Below, piece after piece: positions 10,709 to 20,844 of a stretch of 52,819 nt of DNA. This stretch comes from Promethearchaeota archaeon. Lineage in GTDB: Archaea > Asgardarchaeota > Lokiarchaeia > Sigyniarchaeales > SOKP01. The number at the start of each line of letters is the position of its first letter. The stretch's first letter is position 1. Below the pieces are notes generated by a model. It saw only the letters and a program-made list of their open reading frames with translations, searched no databases and was not told the DNA's origin. The stretch is taken from contig JBHLPW010000037.1 of assembly GCA_048939015.1 (NCBI GenBank), positions 1 through 52,819 on the forward strand, given 5' to 3'. Both the position numbers and the translations under genes were made by a program.

Positions 10709-11413
10709 TTATTGATCATGGAGAACATTATCAATTGAAAGTACAAATCCTACCAGAATTCTACGATCAGTTACATTATCAAGTATCCTTAACGCATAGG
10801 TATCTTTAAAATCTAAAAGCCCTCCAAGAAATACATCTCGCCATCTATCGGCTTTTTCTATCTCTGCAACAACATTTCCAGTAGTTACATCATAAACCTT
10901 AAAACTCCACCCCATGAACTTACCTTGAGCCCTAAACCATTGAACTCCGTTAGGATCTTCTAAATAAAATACTGGTCTGAAAAATGATAAGATTTTTTTC
11001 TTAATTCGGGCAATAAGATTTCCTTCAGGATCTTTTAAGTCTTGAGCTCCTCGTGCTGATACAATTTTCGCGTGAATTGTTGCCGCAATAGTACCATCAA
11101 CTTCTTGTAACTCAACTCTCCGCCTGATGCTTAAGATTACTCTTTTCATTCGACCGATAATTTGGTTATTTTCGTCTAAAATTTCACCGGAACCCCAGTC
11201 CCAATATTTCTCTTTGAGAATATAATAGCTCCGGTTAATATCAAACAATCCACCAGGTCGACTCGATGAAGGAACTCTCGATGCAGCTGGCACGGTTTGT
11301 GTAGGTGCAACTTGGCCTTGTTTAACACTATCTGGTATTGGTGAACCACATTTTTCACAGAAATTTTGATTTTGATCGGGAATTTTACTACCACATTCCT
11401 TGCAATATGGCAC
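10709..11413 (-). CDS. Zinc-ribbon plus LURP-one/scramblase/Tubby-C family protein
   Basis: CKEC..CEKC N-terminus, repeated beta-hairpins (I-x-D-x-N-x3-IG; KKILSF), C-terminal DTYALRI..LVGFVLSID. Confidence 0.8.
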   Translation of the reverse strand: MPYCKECGSKIPDQNQNFCEKCGSPIPDSVKQGQVAPTQTVPAASRVPSSSRPGGLFDINRSYYILKEKYWDWGSGEILDENNQIIGRMKRVILSIRRRVELQEVDGTIAATIHAKIVSARGAQDLKDPEGNLIARIKKKILSFFRPVFYLEDPNGVQWFRAQGKFMGWSFKVYDVTTGNVVAEIEKADRWRDVFLGGLLDFKDTYALRILDNVTDRRILVGFVLSIDNVLHDQ

Positions 11414-11569
11414 TTTTTTTTACCTTTAATTTTATAATTTTTTTAATCTATGAATAATCAAATATTCTAATAAAGTTTGGGTTAATTAGATATTCATTGT
11501 ATATTCATGAAAATGTTTTAATTAGATAAGGGTTAATTAATATTAATAAAAAATAAATGGAGAATTAGA

Positions 11570-12331
11570 ATGTCAAGCCAAAGTATTCCAAAATTATTGA
11601 AATTAAAAGATTATATTACACTTATTGGGACGTCTCTAGGAATTATTGCTTTGGTTTGTGCTTGTATAGGTCATCCAGCATTACTTTCCTTAGGATTCTT
11701 TTTGGTAACCGTGTCACTTGGTACTGATATGGTAGATGGCTATATTGCTCGAAAAACACAAACAGTAAATGAAATGGGTAAAGAAATGGACTCTTTGAGC
11801 GATTCTTTGACTTTTGGGATTGCACCTGCGATTTTAGTATACCAGTCATTTAAAACTAATACTGTTTTTGATATTGTAATTGTAATTGGATCTATATGCT
11901 TTGCTATTGGTGCAATACTAAGACTAGCACGTTATAACATCTCAGAAAATCCAGGTTATACTGGAGTTCCTACGCCTATAAGTGCCTTAGTGATTGTTAC
12001 TTTTTTTTATGCGAATTATTTCTTTTCATTCGCTTCAGGTGCTTTTTATGTATTTTCTCCTTATTTAATACCGGTTATTATGATCTTAGTAGGGTGGTTT
12101 AATATTACAACCTATATTCACTTTGGTGAGAAAGATAAAGCGACATACCTTCTCTTTATCATTCTTGCACCATTATGTCCTATTTTCGGAATAATAGGGC
12201 TAAGTTCTCCTAATGACATTGTATCGATTATCGTATCAATATTCTTTATATGTTCGTTCTTAAGTCTTATGATTGCTATTGTTAGAGGGTTTTTCCTTTA
12301 TTTTAGAGATAAGAACAGTAGACCTACTTAA
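11570..12331 (+). CDS. pssA: CDP-alcohol phosphatidyltransferase, archaetidylserine synthase-like
   Basis: DMVDGYIAR..GKEMDSLSDSLTFGIAPA signature, LRLARYN and YTGVPTP motifs. Confidence 0.85.
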   Translation: MSSQSIPKLLKLKDYITLIGTSLGIIALVCACIGHPALLSLGFFLVTVSLGTDMVDGYIARKTQTVNEMGKEMDSLSDSLTFGIAPAILVYQSFKTNTVFDIVIVIGSICFAIGAILRLARYNISENPGYTGVPTPISALVIVTFFYANYFFSFASGAFYVFSPYLIPVIMILVGWFNITTYIHFGEKDKATYLLFIILAPLCPIFGIIGLSSPNDIVSIIVSIFFICSFLSLMIAIVRGFFLYFRDKNSRPT

Positions 12332-12368
12332 TAAATATTTCCTTTTTTTAAAAAATATGATTATTCAT

Positions 12369-14369
12369 TTAGAAAAGCTTTTTTTTCCAGCTCTCGATAT
12401 CTTCTATGATTTCTTTTTTATCATTTTCGTTTAATAATGTGAGCATTTCTTTATATTTATTTATCGTACTTCTTAGCTTATGTAATGTTACTGAAAATCC
12501 CTTCTTTTCTAGGATTATATTAGCAATATCTTCGAGTTCTTTAGCAAAATCATCTCCTTTTAGATTTCCAAGCTTATCAATTAATCTGTTAAGTCTATAA
12601 TCTATCTCTAATGCTGCTTCATCATCTGCTTTAGGTTGTACCGCTGTTATAAATTCAAGTTTTTCTTGTAGTTTTTGTTTTAAGTCTTCAATTTTGGGCG
12701 AAGAAAAAGAAGTTGCCTGGGTTTCTGTGGGTGAGGATTCCATAGACCTTTGATCCTCTTTAGAAATTTCCTGAATTTGAGTTGGAATGGACACAGGAGA
12801 TACAGGTTCAGATTTTGGTATCTTTTTAATTACTTCTTGTGATTGAAATTTAGTTGGAATAATGGGTTTTGCTGTACTAAAGGATTTCATTGGTTTTGTC
12901 GCAGGACTTATTTGTGTTTTTGATACTTGAGTTGCATGAAATGAATCAGAATATGCTTCTTCCCATATATTTCTTATCAAAGGATCTAACAGTTTTGTTA
13001 ATGGCTCAAAAGAAGTCCTAATACCTATAAAATCTTCCAGAGGATTATCTGAATCTTGGATTACTCCAATTATAAATAAATCATTATCTGCTTTTATAAC
13101 AACGAAATTGTCATTTTGGTAGGTTTTATAAACAATATTCTTAATTTCTTTAAAACTTTTAACTGTACTATTTGTATGAGCTTCTGAAGCAGCTATTTTA
13201 ATTCTTAGATTTCCTGAAAGATTATCAAATTGGTCAACTGCTAAATGATTTTCGAGATGAGGAATTATTATTGTAAGGCTTTCTTTAGAATGCAAAATAA
13301 GATTTTGAATTATTTCATTAATTTTTGTTACACTACTTATTATCCAAACATTAGTAAAGAGTTGTTTATCAACTATACTTATCTTTTGTAAGTAATTATG
13401 CAACACTTTTTCAATAGGTTTATTTAAGTTGGCAATTTCATCAACTGAATGTTGTATAATTGCATCCAAATTTGCAGTAATACTAGTTTCAAACTTATTC
13501 ATAGCAGGTTGCAATCCTTCCTGATTTTCTTTAAGTAGTTCATGAATTCTATTCATTTTAGTCTCAAAGTTATTTAACATGCCAAGTAATAGCATTTTAA
13601 AATCATTTTGATATCGAAATGTCAATTCTATCGTACTTTCCATAGGTTCGGTTGTTTTATTAAACTCTTTTTCTATCAATTCGCGTAGATTATTAGTGAA
13701 CTCTCCTATCATATTTTCGAATTTTTCTTTAAAAGATTGCTCAATAAGCGAAATAATTTCTGGTTTATGACGTTTAAAATCCATAGAATTTATGTTATCT
13801 ATTATTTCAGTCTTAAGAGTGTTAACCGTTTTTATTAAATCAGCAAAATTAGTTTGAATAACACTCTTAATTTTTTGGTTAAGATCAGAAACCTTTTGCT
13901 TAATCTCTTTTAATTCTTCCATTCCTTCAACGAGATCTTCTACTTCTTGTTTTTGAATTATAGAATCTTCATTAATATCTTTTCTAATTTCTTGAAATTC
14001 CTCAATAATACTATCCAACTCAATGGTGGTATTATCTCTAAATAGTTCATTCACTGTATTTATTAGTAATTCCTGAATTGAATGTTTGATATCTTTCAAA
14101 TTTGAGTTAATATTATTATAATAGTTTAATATCGGGAGAATTGGAGGTAAAGTTGAATAGTGAATGATAGTTCCTTGTTTTTCTGAAGTGAGTTTGGCTA
14201 ATAAACCAGCATCTATAAGTTCATTTAAGCTTTTATTGAATTCCTCTGGATTTGCTTTTGGAACAATTGAAAATAATTCATAAAAAGAAAGTGGATATTT
14301 ACCTATTGTTTTAATATATATCTCTATTGCATACTCAGATAGTTTTATTTTTCTTAGAAAGTCATCCAT
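12369..14369 (-). CDS. TrmB-like HTH + long helical/coiled-coil + PLD-like domain protein
   Basis: LSEYAIEIY..LNELIDAGLL..YSTLPP TrmB-type wHTH, about 250 aa amphipathic helices, then WII..SKESLTIIIP effector-like domain and a Pro/Ser linker. Confidence 0.6.
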   Translation of the reverse strand: MDDFLRKIKLSEYAIEIYIKTIGKYPLSFYELFSIVPKANPEEFNKSLNELIDAGLLAKLTSEKQGTIIHYSTLPPILPILNYYNNINSNLKDIKHSIQELLINTVNELFRDNTTIELDSIIEEFQEIRKDINEDSIIQKQEVEDLVEGMEELKEIKQKVSDLNQKIKSVIQTNFADLIKTVNTLKTEIIDNINSMDFKRHKPEIISLIEQSFKEKFENMIGEFTNNLRELIEKEFNKTTEPMESTIELTFRYQNDFKMLLLGMLNNFETKMNRIHELLKENQEGLQPAMNKFETSITANLDAIIQHSVDEIANLNKPIEKVLHNYLQKISIVDKQLFTNVWIISSVTKINEIIQNLILHSKESLTIIIPHLENHLAVDQFDNLSGNLRIKIAASEAHTNSTVKSFKEIKNIVYKTYQNDNFVVIKADNDLFIIGVIQDSDNPLEDFIGIRTSFEPLTKLLDPLIRNIWEEAYSDSFHATQVSKTQISPATKPMKSFSTAKPIIPTKFQSQEVIKKIPKSEPVSPVSIPTQIQEISKEDQRSMESSPTETQATSFSSPKIEDLKQKLQEKLEFITAVQPKADDEAALEIDYRLNRLIDKLGNLKGDDFAKELEDIANIILEKKGFSVTLHKLRSTINKYKEMLTLLNENDKKEIIEDIESWKKKLF

Positions 14370-14430
14370 TCATTCTACACCCACTTAATTCACAGAACTT
14401 TCACTAATTGATATAAAGATATAAATTATG

Positions 14431-14462
14431 TTAATTAATAATATTTTTAATTAATAATATTT
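14431..14462. repeat. Perfect 16-bp direct tandem repeat (TTAATTAATAATATTT x2) in a divergent intergenic region
   Basis: Read directly from the sequence. Confidence 0.8.
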
Positions 14463-14492
14463 TTGATACTAATTGAAATAAAATAAATTAAT

Positions 14493-15818
14493 GTGAGAGA
14501 AATGGCGGAAGATATTTTTTTTTACTTGGATTTAACAAAAGAGATTTTAAAAAAGAAAGAAATCATTAAAACTATTAAATATTACATTGAGGAAAAAAAT
14601 AAAGTAAATACAAAAGCTAATTATTCACTACTTATATTCCAAGAAGAAGGAAACCCTATTTTTATAAACAATAAGAAAGACTCAATTGTCATTTCAAATT
14701 CAATAGAAGAAAATTGGGAGAGCCGTCCAAAAGCACAAAGTTTTTTTGAAAATGGATTATTCTACATTTTTTCATATATTGCAGAGACTGTGAGAAAAAA
14801 ATCCAAGTTTAATAGAATTATAGTGGTCACAGATACACCTTCTGATTTATCATCAGAATATCAAGATGCTTTATTTAATTTAGTGTCGAAGATCAAAAAC
14901 TTTCCAACATTTATAGATATTGTAAGGGTATCTAAAGAAGAACAACGATTTTTTAAAGACGATGTTAAATTAAACGTTTTAGCTTCAGACACCAAGGGAG
15001 GTATATTCTATATCCAAGATAAAAAAGGATTTACGGATGTAATTAAAAAATTAGTAAAAACTAAGCAATTCGTCACTACTTTCACAGATAAATCTGAACT
15101 TGTTAGGATTAGTCAAGAGGATTATGCCTTTTTTAATTATTTAGCAAAGCCGTTAACAAAATCTGGTGAAGAACCTTTAGTGTGTCATTTCTGCAATGAG
15201 TTGATTTGTCCTGTTTGCACCGATGTTCATGATGCTCCAATGATATGTGAAGATTGTAACACAGCGTTTCATCATTGTTGCGTGACAAATTATACTATTA
15301 ATAATAATATTGGTATTCCTAATATCTTTCGATGTCCTTCTTGTGATGTACTTCTAAAAATTGACGAAGATGAGATCATTGAACTACATGAAGAAATTGA
15401 AGGAGAATCCGTCAAAGAATATATGGAAAAAGAAGTGTTGCAAGATTTACCTGAAGAAATCGCCAAAAAGCCAGAAGTTATATTAGAAATTCCTCCTGAA
15501 CCGAAAGTTAAGGTTCCTGTAGAGATACCGGAAAAGGGTTTAAGAGGAGAACAACCAAAAACTATTAGGATTGGAGGTTTTTTTGGAAAAGTCTATAAAG
15601 TGAAAAAGGTAGGCGACAAGATAGTTTATGAAAGAGCTACGAAAACATTACAAGTTAAATCTAGGTCCCGAGAAGAAGATCTATTAATTCCTAAAGATAC
15701 AGTTTCGCTCTCACATGAAAAAGAAGCAAAAAAGCCGAGTTTCATAATTTGTTCTCAATGTGGAACTCAAAATAATGCACACCAAAGGTCATGTTCCAAT
15801 TGTGGGAGCAGATTATGA
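14493..15818 (+). CDS. vWA-like domain + PHD/RINGv-type zinc finger + C-terminal zinc ribbon (paralogue 1)
   Basis: FFYLDL..IIVVTD..IDIVRV..LASDTKGGIFY vWA pattern; CPVC-x9-CEDC-x4-H-x2-C-x17-CPSC; GGFFG; CSQC..CSNC. Confidence 0.65.
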   Translation: MREMAEDIFFYLDLTKEILKKKEIIKTIKYYIEEKNKVNTKANYSLLIFQEEGNPIFINNKKDSIVISNSIEENWESRPKAQSFFENGLFYIFSYIAETVRKKSKFNRIIVVTDTPSDLSSEYQDALFNLVSKIKNFPTFIDIVRVSKEEQRFFKDDVKLNVLASDTKGGIFYIQDKKGFTDVIKKLVKTKQFVTTFTDKSELVRISQEDYAFFNYLAKPLTKSGEEPLVCHFCNELICPVCTDVHDAPMICEDCNTAFHHCCVTNYTINNNIGIPNIFRCPSCDVLLKIDEDEIIELHEEIEGESVKEYMEKEVLQDLPEEIAKKPEVILEIPPEPKVKVPVEIPEKGLRGEQPKTIRIGGFFGKVYKVKKVGDKIVYERATKTLQVKSRSREEDLLIPKDTVSLSHEKEAKKPSFIICSQCGTQNNAHQRSCSNCGSRL

Positions 15819-15985
15819 TATTGCTTAGGATTCTAAGTTCTATAATATTTCTATAATATTATCTCTTATTAAAAACGAAGAAAATCACAAAATTGTTAAA
15901 AGAAAAATAAATGAATTTAGTTATACAATAAAAATAAATAAAACTTATGTTATTATTCTTTTAAAGTTCCACGATTGATGCTAAA

Positions 15986-17308
15986 ATGTTACCAAGATCT
16001 AATGCTGTGAATTCTGAAGAGTTTATTTTTTACATAGATTTAATTTCTGATTTCTTAAAGAAAAAATCCCTACAAAAGGCAATTAATGCTTTTATCAAAG
16101 AAAAAGATAAATACAATGCACTAACTTCTTATGGAATAGTATTATTTCAGAGAAATGAGAATCCTATAAATGTTTATGATTTAAAAGATGCTGATATGGT
16201 AATAAATACTATAGAAGATGCGTGGGAAACTCGGGAAAATGAAAGAAGTTATTTGGAAAATGGATTGTATGAAATTCTTGCATATATTTTTAGAAAAAGT
16301 CGTGAAAAAAGAAAAAATTATCGTGTAATAATTATTTCTGATACTCCAAGTAAGTTATCTGAGGATTATTATAATGCTTTATATGATTTATTGATTAAAG
16401 CGAAAAAATTTTCAACCTTTATTGATATAATCAGAGTAGGCGAAGAAAAATTCTACGAAGATGACGTAAAACTAAAAGTTATTTCGAGTGAAACTCATGG
16501 AGGTACCTTTTATTGCCCCAATGAGAAATTACTTCAAAATATTTTGGGATCTTTAACTCAAAACAAGAAAGAATTTAAAATTATTAAATCTGATGAAACT
16601 GAAGAAATTTTAAGCGAGGATCAGATTTTTTATGAGCGATTAGCGGTAGATCTCATTAGTCTTTCTTCTGAAGAACAAGAAATATGTGATATTTGTGAAC
16701 AAGAGCTGTGTCCTATTTGTGAAGCACACAGTGATGAGATACATAAGTGTTTTAATTGTAACGCAAAATATCATAGTTGTTGCGCCGCGAAATATTCTTT
16801 AGCAAAAAATATTGGCTTTCGACATATATTTAGATGTATTAACTGTCAAACACTTTTGAAATTAGATGAAGACTTTGTAAATATGATATATGAGGAGGAT
16901 CTAGAAGAAGAATTACCTGAAATAGAATTACGTGAACCAATTATAGAGCCAATAGAAGAAGAATTAAATGAAGAACCACTAATAGAGGAACCCGAGATTG
17001 AAGAAGAGGTCATAGAAGAAGAAAAGGAGGTGGCTGAGACACTAGAACCTGCACCGACAACCGAAATAAAGAAAGTAAAACTTGGAGGATTTTTTGGCCA
17101 AGAAATAACAATTTCAAAAAAAGGCGTAAAAAAAGATATTAAAGCAGATATTCCAGAAGTCATCGAAGCTTCTGAAGAACAAATTTCAATAACAACATTA
17201 AAACCACCCAAAAAAAGAGGAACGTCAACAATACGATTGTGCAAAATTTGTGGAGCGACCATAAAAAACACACCAATTTGTCCTAGTTGTGGTGCAAGGG
17301 TTTTGTAG
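15986..17308 (+). CDS. vWA-like domain + PHD/RINGv-type zinc finger + C-terminal zinc ribbon (paralogue 2)
   Basis: Colinear with the upstream gene (ENGL, SDTPS, DDVKL, GGFFG); CPIC-x9-CFNC-x4-H-x2-C-x17-CINC; acidic linker; CKIC..CPSC. Confidence 0.65.
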   Translation: MLPRSNAVNSEEFIFYIDLISDFLKKKSLQKAINAFIKEKDKYNALTSYGIVLFQRNENPINVYDLKDADMVINTIEDAWETRENERSYLENGLYEILAYIFRKSREKRKNYRVIIISDTPSKLSEDYYNALYDLLIKAKKFSTFIDIIRVGEEKFYEDDVKLKVISSETHGGTFYCPNEKLLQNILGSLTQNKKEFKIIKSDETEEILSEDQIFYERLAVDLISLSSEEQEICDICEQELCPICEAHSDEIHKCFNCNAKYHSCCAAKYSLAKNIGFRHIFRCINCQTLLKLDEDFVNMIYEEDLEEELPEIELREPIIEPIEEELNEEPLIEEPEIEEEVIEEEKEVAETLEPAPTTEIKKVKLGGFFGQEITISKKGVKKDIKADIPEVIEASEEQISITTLKPPKKRGTSTIRLCKICGATIKNTPICPSCGARVL

Positions 17309-17367
17309 AGACATTAGTTCCTCAAAATCTTGTAATAGATAATTGTTAAAATCTCAATCTAATCTTT

Positions 17368-17916
17368 TTACAATTTTAAATTCTCTACCAGAATTACTCC
17401 CGAAATGTTTGTCTCTTTCACAGCTATAAAATCTTTCTCCATTTGTTTGGCATAATGCTTTAATAGAAGCAAGATCTGGTCAATTTTTTCTTTATGAAAA
17501 TCTAACATACTTATATTGCATACTTTTTCCGAATCTTGGTTTATAAAATGAATATCGTATCTAACAAATGGCTTAAAATCAAGTTTTCTCATTCTAATTT
17601 CAATTCTATCTAACTCAGGCCATGTTATCATAAAAAGAGGGTGATTAGGTAATAGGAATTGAATTTCCTCTGTTGATATTGAGAATTTTCTGATCTTTCC
17701 AGGATTTTTTGTAAAAATATACGAATAATATACCAAAAAAACACCAATTATAATAAGGCTTATATACAAACTAACGTAAGATTCAGGAAATAAAAACATT
17801 AAAATTATATTAATAAACGCTACAATAAAGATTATAATCAAACTAACCGAACAAGGGATTGAAACTTTGTTTAATTTCTCTCCGGAAAAATCAATTACAC
17901 TGTCTTCAAAAGACAT
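17368..17916 (-). CDS. Hypothetical membrane protein (2 TM + soluble, possibly PH-like domain)
   Basis: Two N-terminal hydrophobic helices followed by a beta-rich domain (ITWPELDRIEI). Confidence 0.6.
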   Translation of the reverse strand: MSFEDSVIDFSGEKLNKVSIPCSVSLIIIFIVAFINIILMFLFPESYVSLYISLIIIGVFLVYYSYIFTKNPGKIRKFSISTEEIQFLLPNHPLFMITWPELDRIEIRMRKLDFKPFVRYDIHFINQDSEKVCNISMLDFHKEKIDQILLLLKHYAKQMEKDFIAVKETNISGVILVENLKL

Positions 17917-18058
17917 AAACTTTCATTAATTAATTTTACATATAAACTTTAACTAAAAATTAGGAATTAGTTTTGATATTGGAGAAATTCGGAATAACCT
18001 AAAAATTTTAATGTTTTAGTTGCTAATTAAAATTACATAATAACCTATATAGATTGAT

Positions 18059-19399
18059 ATGTTTATAAAAGAAGAAATAAGTACTTTTAAAAAAAATAGA
18101 CCAAAAACAAGAGATATTTGGGAAAAAGCTCTAAAATTTCTGCCAGGTGGGATTTCTCATAATATACGTACCTTTGGACTGCCAATAATTGGAGCTTTCC
18201 CTATTTTTATTAAATCTGCTCATGGTCCTCATCTAATAGATATTGATGATATCAAATATATAGATTGTTGGAATGGGCATTTTGCTATGATACTAGGACA
18301 TAATCCTCCCGAAGTGCAAGAAGTTATAAAAAATTATCTGAATTATGGATGGCATTTTGGTACAAATACAGAATATCAAGTTGAGTTAGCAGAAAACATT
18401 GTAAAAAGAAATCCAGGAATCGAAAAAATGCGTTTCTGCACAAGTGGGACAGAAGCTACAATGTATGCTACTAGGCTGGCACGAGCGTTTACTAAGAAAA
18501 GATTGATTGCTAAGGCAGGATTAGGATGGCATGGTGCTAATGATACACTTTATTATGCGGTTGGAAGCTTAAATAGTGAAACATTTTCTCCTGGACTTCA
18601 AACTCCAAGGGATGCTGGAATAATAACTTTCGAAATCAACGATGAAAAAATATATGATATAGTTAAAAAAAATAAAGATGAATTAGCAGCCATAATTTTA
18701 GAGCCGATTTTAGGAGGAGGAGGTGGATTTCCAGTCGAAAAACAGTTCTTAAAAAAATTAAGAGAAGAAACTGAACGGTACAATATTCTGCTAATATTTG
18801 ATGAAGTAATTACTGGATATCGCTTTACTAATGCTTTATTTCAGAATGAAATAGATGTATTACCCGATTTAACCACGATGGGGAAAATTATAGGTGGAGG
18901 TATGCCAATAGGTGCTGTTGGAGGAAAAAGAGAAATTATTGAACAATCTAGTCCTGATGCAGAGAATCAAGTTTTAATAGGAGGGGGAACATTTTCAGGA
19001 TATCCATTGAGTATGATTGCAGGATTGAAAACATTAGAAATACTGAATGGGCGGCAAGAAGACTACATTCGAATAAATCAAGAAGGTGACAAATTATTAA
19101 ATAATCTTAACCAATTATTCAGCGAGGAAAAATTACCATTTATGGCCATTGGACATAAATCTATGATTATGCTTCATGCACTTTCAAAATGGATTGAAAA
19201 CCCTTCAATGAGACAAATTATTGAATTTAAAGATAAAAAACGAGAAGCACTTATTCAATTAGCACTCTTTAATAGAAATAATTCAGGTTTACATGGTTTG
19301 GGTTCTATTTCAATGGCTCATACTCATGATCACGTACGAAAAATTCAAGAAGTTATCAGAGAGATTGCAATTCCCGTCGCTCAATCCAAATTTGATTGA
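18059..19399 (+). CDS. Class III PLP aminotransferase, glutamate-1-semialdehyde aminomutase-like
   Basis: LPGGISH, ILGHN, RFCTSGTEATM, LIFDEVITGYR, TTMGKIIGGGMP (PLP Lys), GTFSG. Confidence 0.9.
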   Translation: MFIKEEISTFKKNRPKTRDIWEKALKFLPGGISHNIRTFGLPIIGAFPIFIKSAHGPHLIDIDDIKYIDCWNGHFAMILGHNPPEVQEVIKNYLNYGWHFGTNTEYQVELAENIVKRNPGIEKMRFCTSGTEATMYATRLARAFTKKRLIAKAGLGWHGANDTLYYAVGSLNSETFSPGLQTPRDAGIITFEINDEKIYDIVKKNKDELAAIILEPILGGGGGFPVEKQFLKKLREETERYNILLIFDEVITGYRFTNALFQNEIDVLPDLTTMGKIIGGGMPIGAVGGKREIIEQSSPDAENQVLIGGGTFSGYPLSMIAGLKTLEILNGRQEDYIRINQEGDKLLNNLNQLFSEEKLPFMAIGHKSMIMLHALSKWIENPSMRQIIEFKDKKREALIQLALFNRNNSGLHGLGSISMAHTHDHVRKIQEVIREIAIPVAQSKFD

Positions 19400-19466
19400 A
19401 ATTTTCATAAAAAATAAAGGAAATTTACAATTTTTGAAAAATATCAGTATTACTATTATTTGAAAA

Positions 19467-20501
19467 GTGAGTTTTTTGAGAAAGAAGTTTAATGTTATAC
19501 AAGTGGGATTAGGTCCTATGGGGATAATAATATCAAACCTTCTAGTTAAACGTGAAAATGTTCGGTTAATCGGTGCCGTAGATATTAATCCAAAGCTTGT
19601 AAATAAAAATTTAAGTGAATTCATTGAAATAAAAGATAAATCTGATGTTGTCATTCAGTCCACGTTAGAAAATGTCTATTCTGAAGAGAAAGTCGACGTT
19701 ATAATTATTGCTACATCATCTTCGCTAGAAAAAGTTGCTCCATTAATTAAACAAGCAGTTAAATCTGGAAGCAGTGTTATTTCTATTTGTGAGGAATTAT
19801 CATACCCTTTTCAACATTATCCAGAACTTTCTAAAGAACTAGATGAATTAGCAAAATCTTATAATGTATCTATAGTTGGAACTGGGATTAATCCAGGTTA
19901 TCTTATGGATTTATTACCAATTGTTGTCACAGCAGCTTGTCAGGAAGTAAGTTCACTTAAAGTAACGAGAATGATGAATTCAGCAAAAAGAAGAGAACCT
20001 TTTCAACGTAAAATAGGTACAGGGTTGACTACTGAAGAATTTCATAAAAAAATAAGTCAAAAGGAAATCACGGGTCATGTTGGTCTAACACAATCAATCC
20101 AAATGATTGTAGCAGCATTAGGTCTTGAATATGATGAGATTATAGAATTCCCCCCTAAAGAAATAATTACTGATAAAGAATTTACTACCTCTTATGGGGA
20201 GCAAATTCCAAAAGGATATGTCTGTGGTTTACAAAGTATAGCTATAGCTAAAAAGAGAGAAAAAGATATAATTTTCTTAGATTTTACAGCCTATGCTGGA
20301 AAACATGAAGAATTTGATAGTGTAGAAATAGAAGGCATTCCCAACATACACCAAAAAATTATTGGTGGAGTTCACGGGGATATCGGAACAGCTGCAATGG
20401 TGGTTAATTTGATTCCTAAACTAATAGAAGCTAAACCAGGTTTACTAACAATGAAAGATCTTCCCGTAGCATGTTATACGGAATATATATGGAAAACCTA
20501 A
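19467..20501 (+). CDS. 2,4-diaminopentanoate dehydrogenase (Ord)-like NAD(P)-dependent amine dehydrogenase (DapB-like N-terminus)
   Basis: QVGLGPMG Rossmann motif, VISICEELSYP, GTGINPGYLMD, GHVGL, GDIGTAA..KPGLLTM. Confidence 0.8.
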   Translation: MSFLRKKFNVIQVGLGPMGIIISNLLVKRENVRLIGAVDINPKLVNKNLSEFIEIKDKSDVVIQSTLENVYSEEKVDVIIIATSSSLEKVAPLIKQAVKSGSSVISICEELSYPFQHYPELSKELDELAKSYNVSIVGTGINPGYLMDLLPIVVTAACQEVSSLKVTRMMNSAKRREPFQRKIGTGLTTEEFHKKISQKEITGHVGLTQSIQMIVAALGLEYDEIIEFPPKEIITDKEFTTSYGEQIPKGYVCGLQSIAIAKKREKDIIFLDFTAYAGKHEEFDSVEIEGIPNIHQKIIGGVHGDIGTAAMVVNLIPKLIEAKPGLLTMKDLPVACYTEYIWKT

Positions 20502-20844
20502 CCTTATCTCTTTGGTACAGTCTATTAAACATTATAAGTGAAATTATATCTCTTCTATTCTTGTTATTAATGACATTTTTGTTAATTTAAATTTAACGAA
20601 AGTGTTAAATATACTTTTAGAACATTTATACTTAATTGTCGGAATGCCATAAAAAAGTATCAAAGAATATTGAATTTTATTATTAATGGAACGATTTAAA
20701 GGGAGATTTATAACTTATATTTAAGATTCAATTAACACAATATCATTAAATTAATTTTTGACTAATAACATTCATTATTCTTAGTTCAAAATTAAATTTT
20801 TGCTTGAAAATATATATATTACCAAAAATCTATGGGATGATAAT

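Noticed and set aside
18059-19399. Calling this gene hemL
   Set aside because: The family match is clear, but there is no tetrapyrrole gene context and the motifs are divergent.
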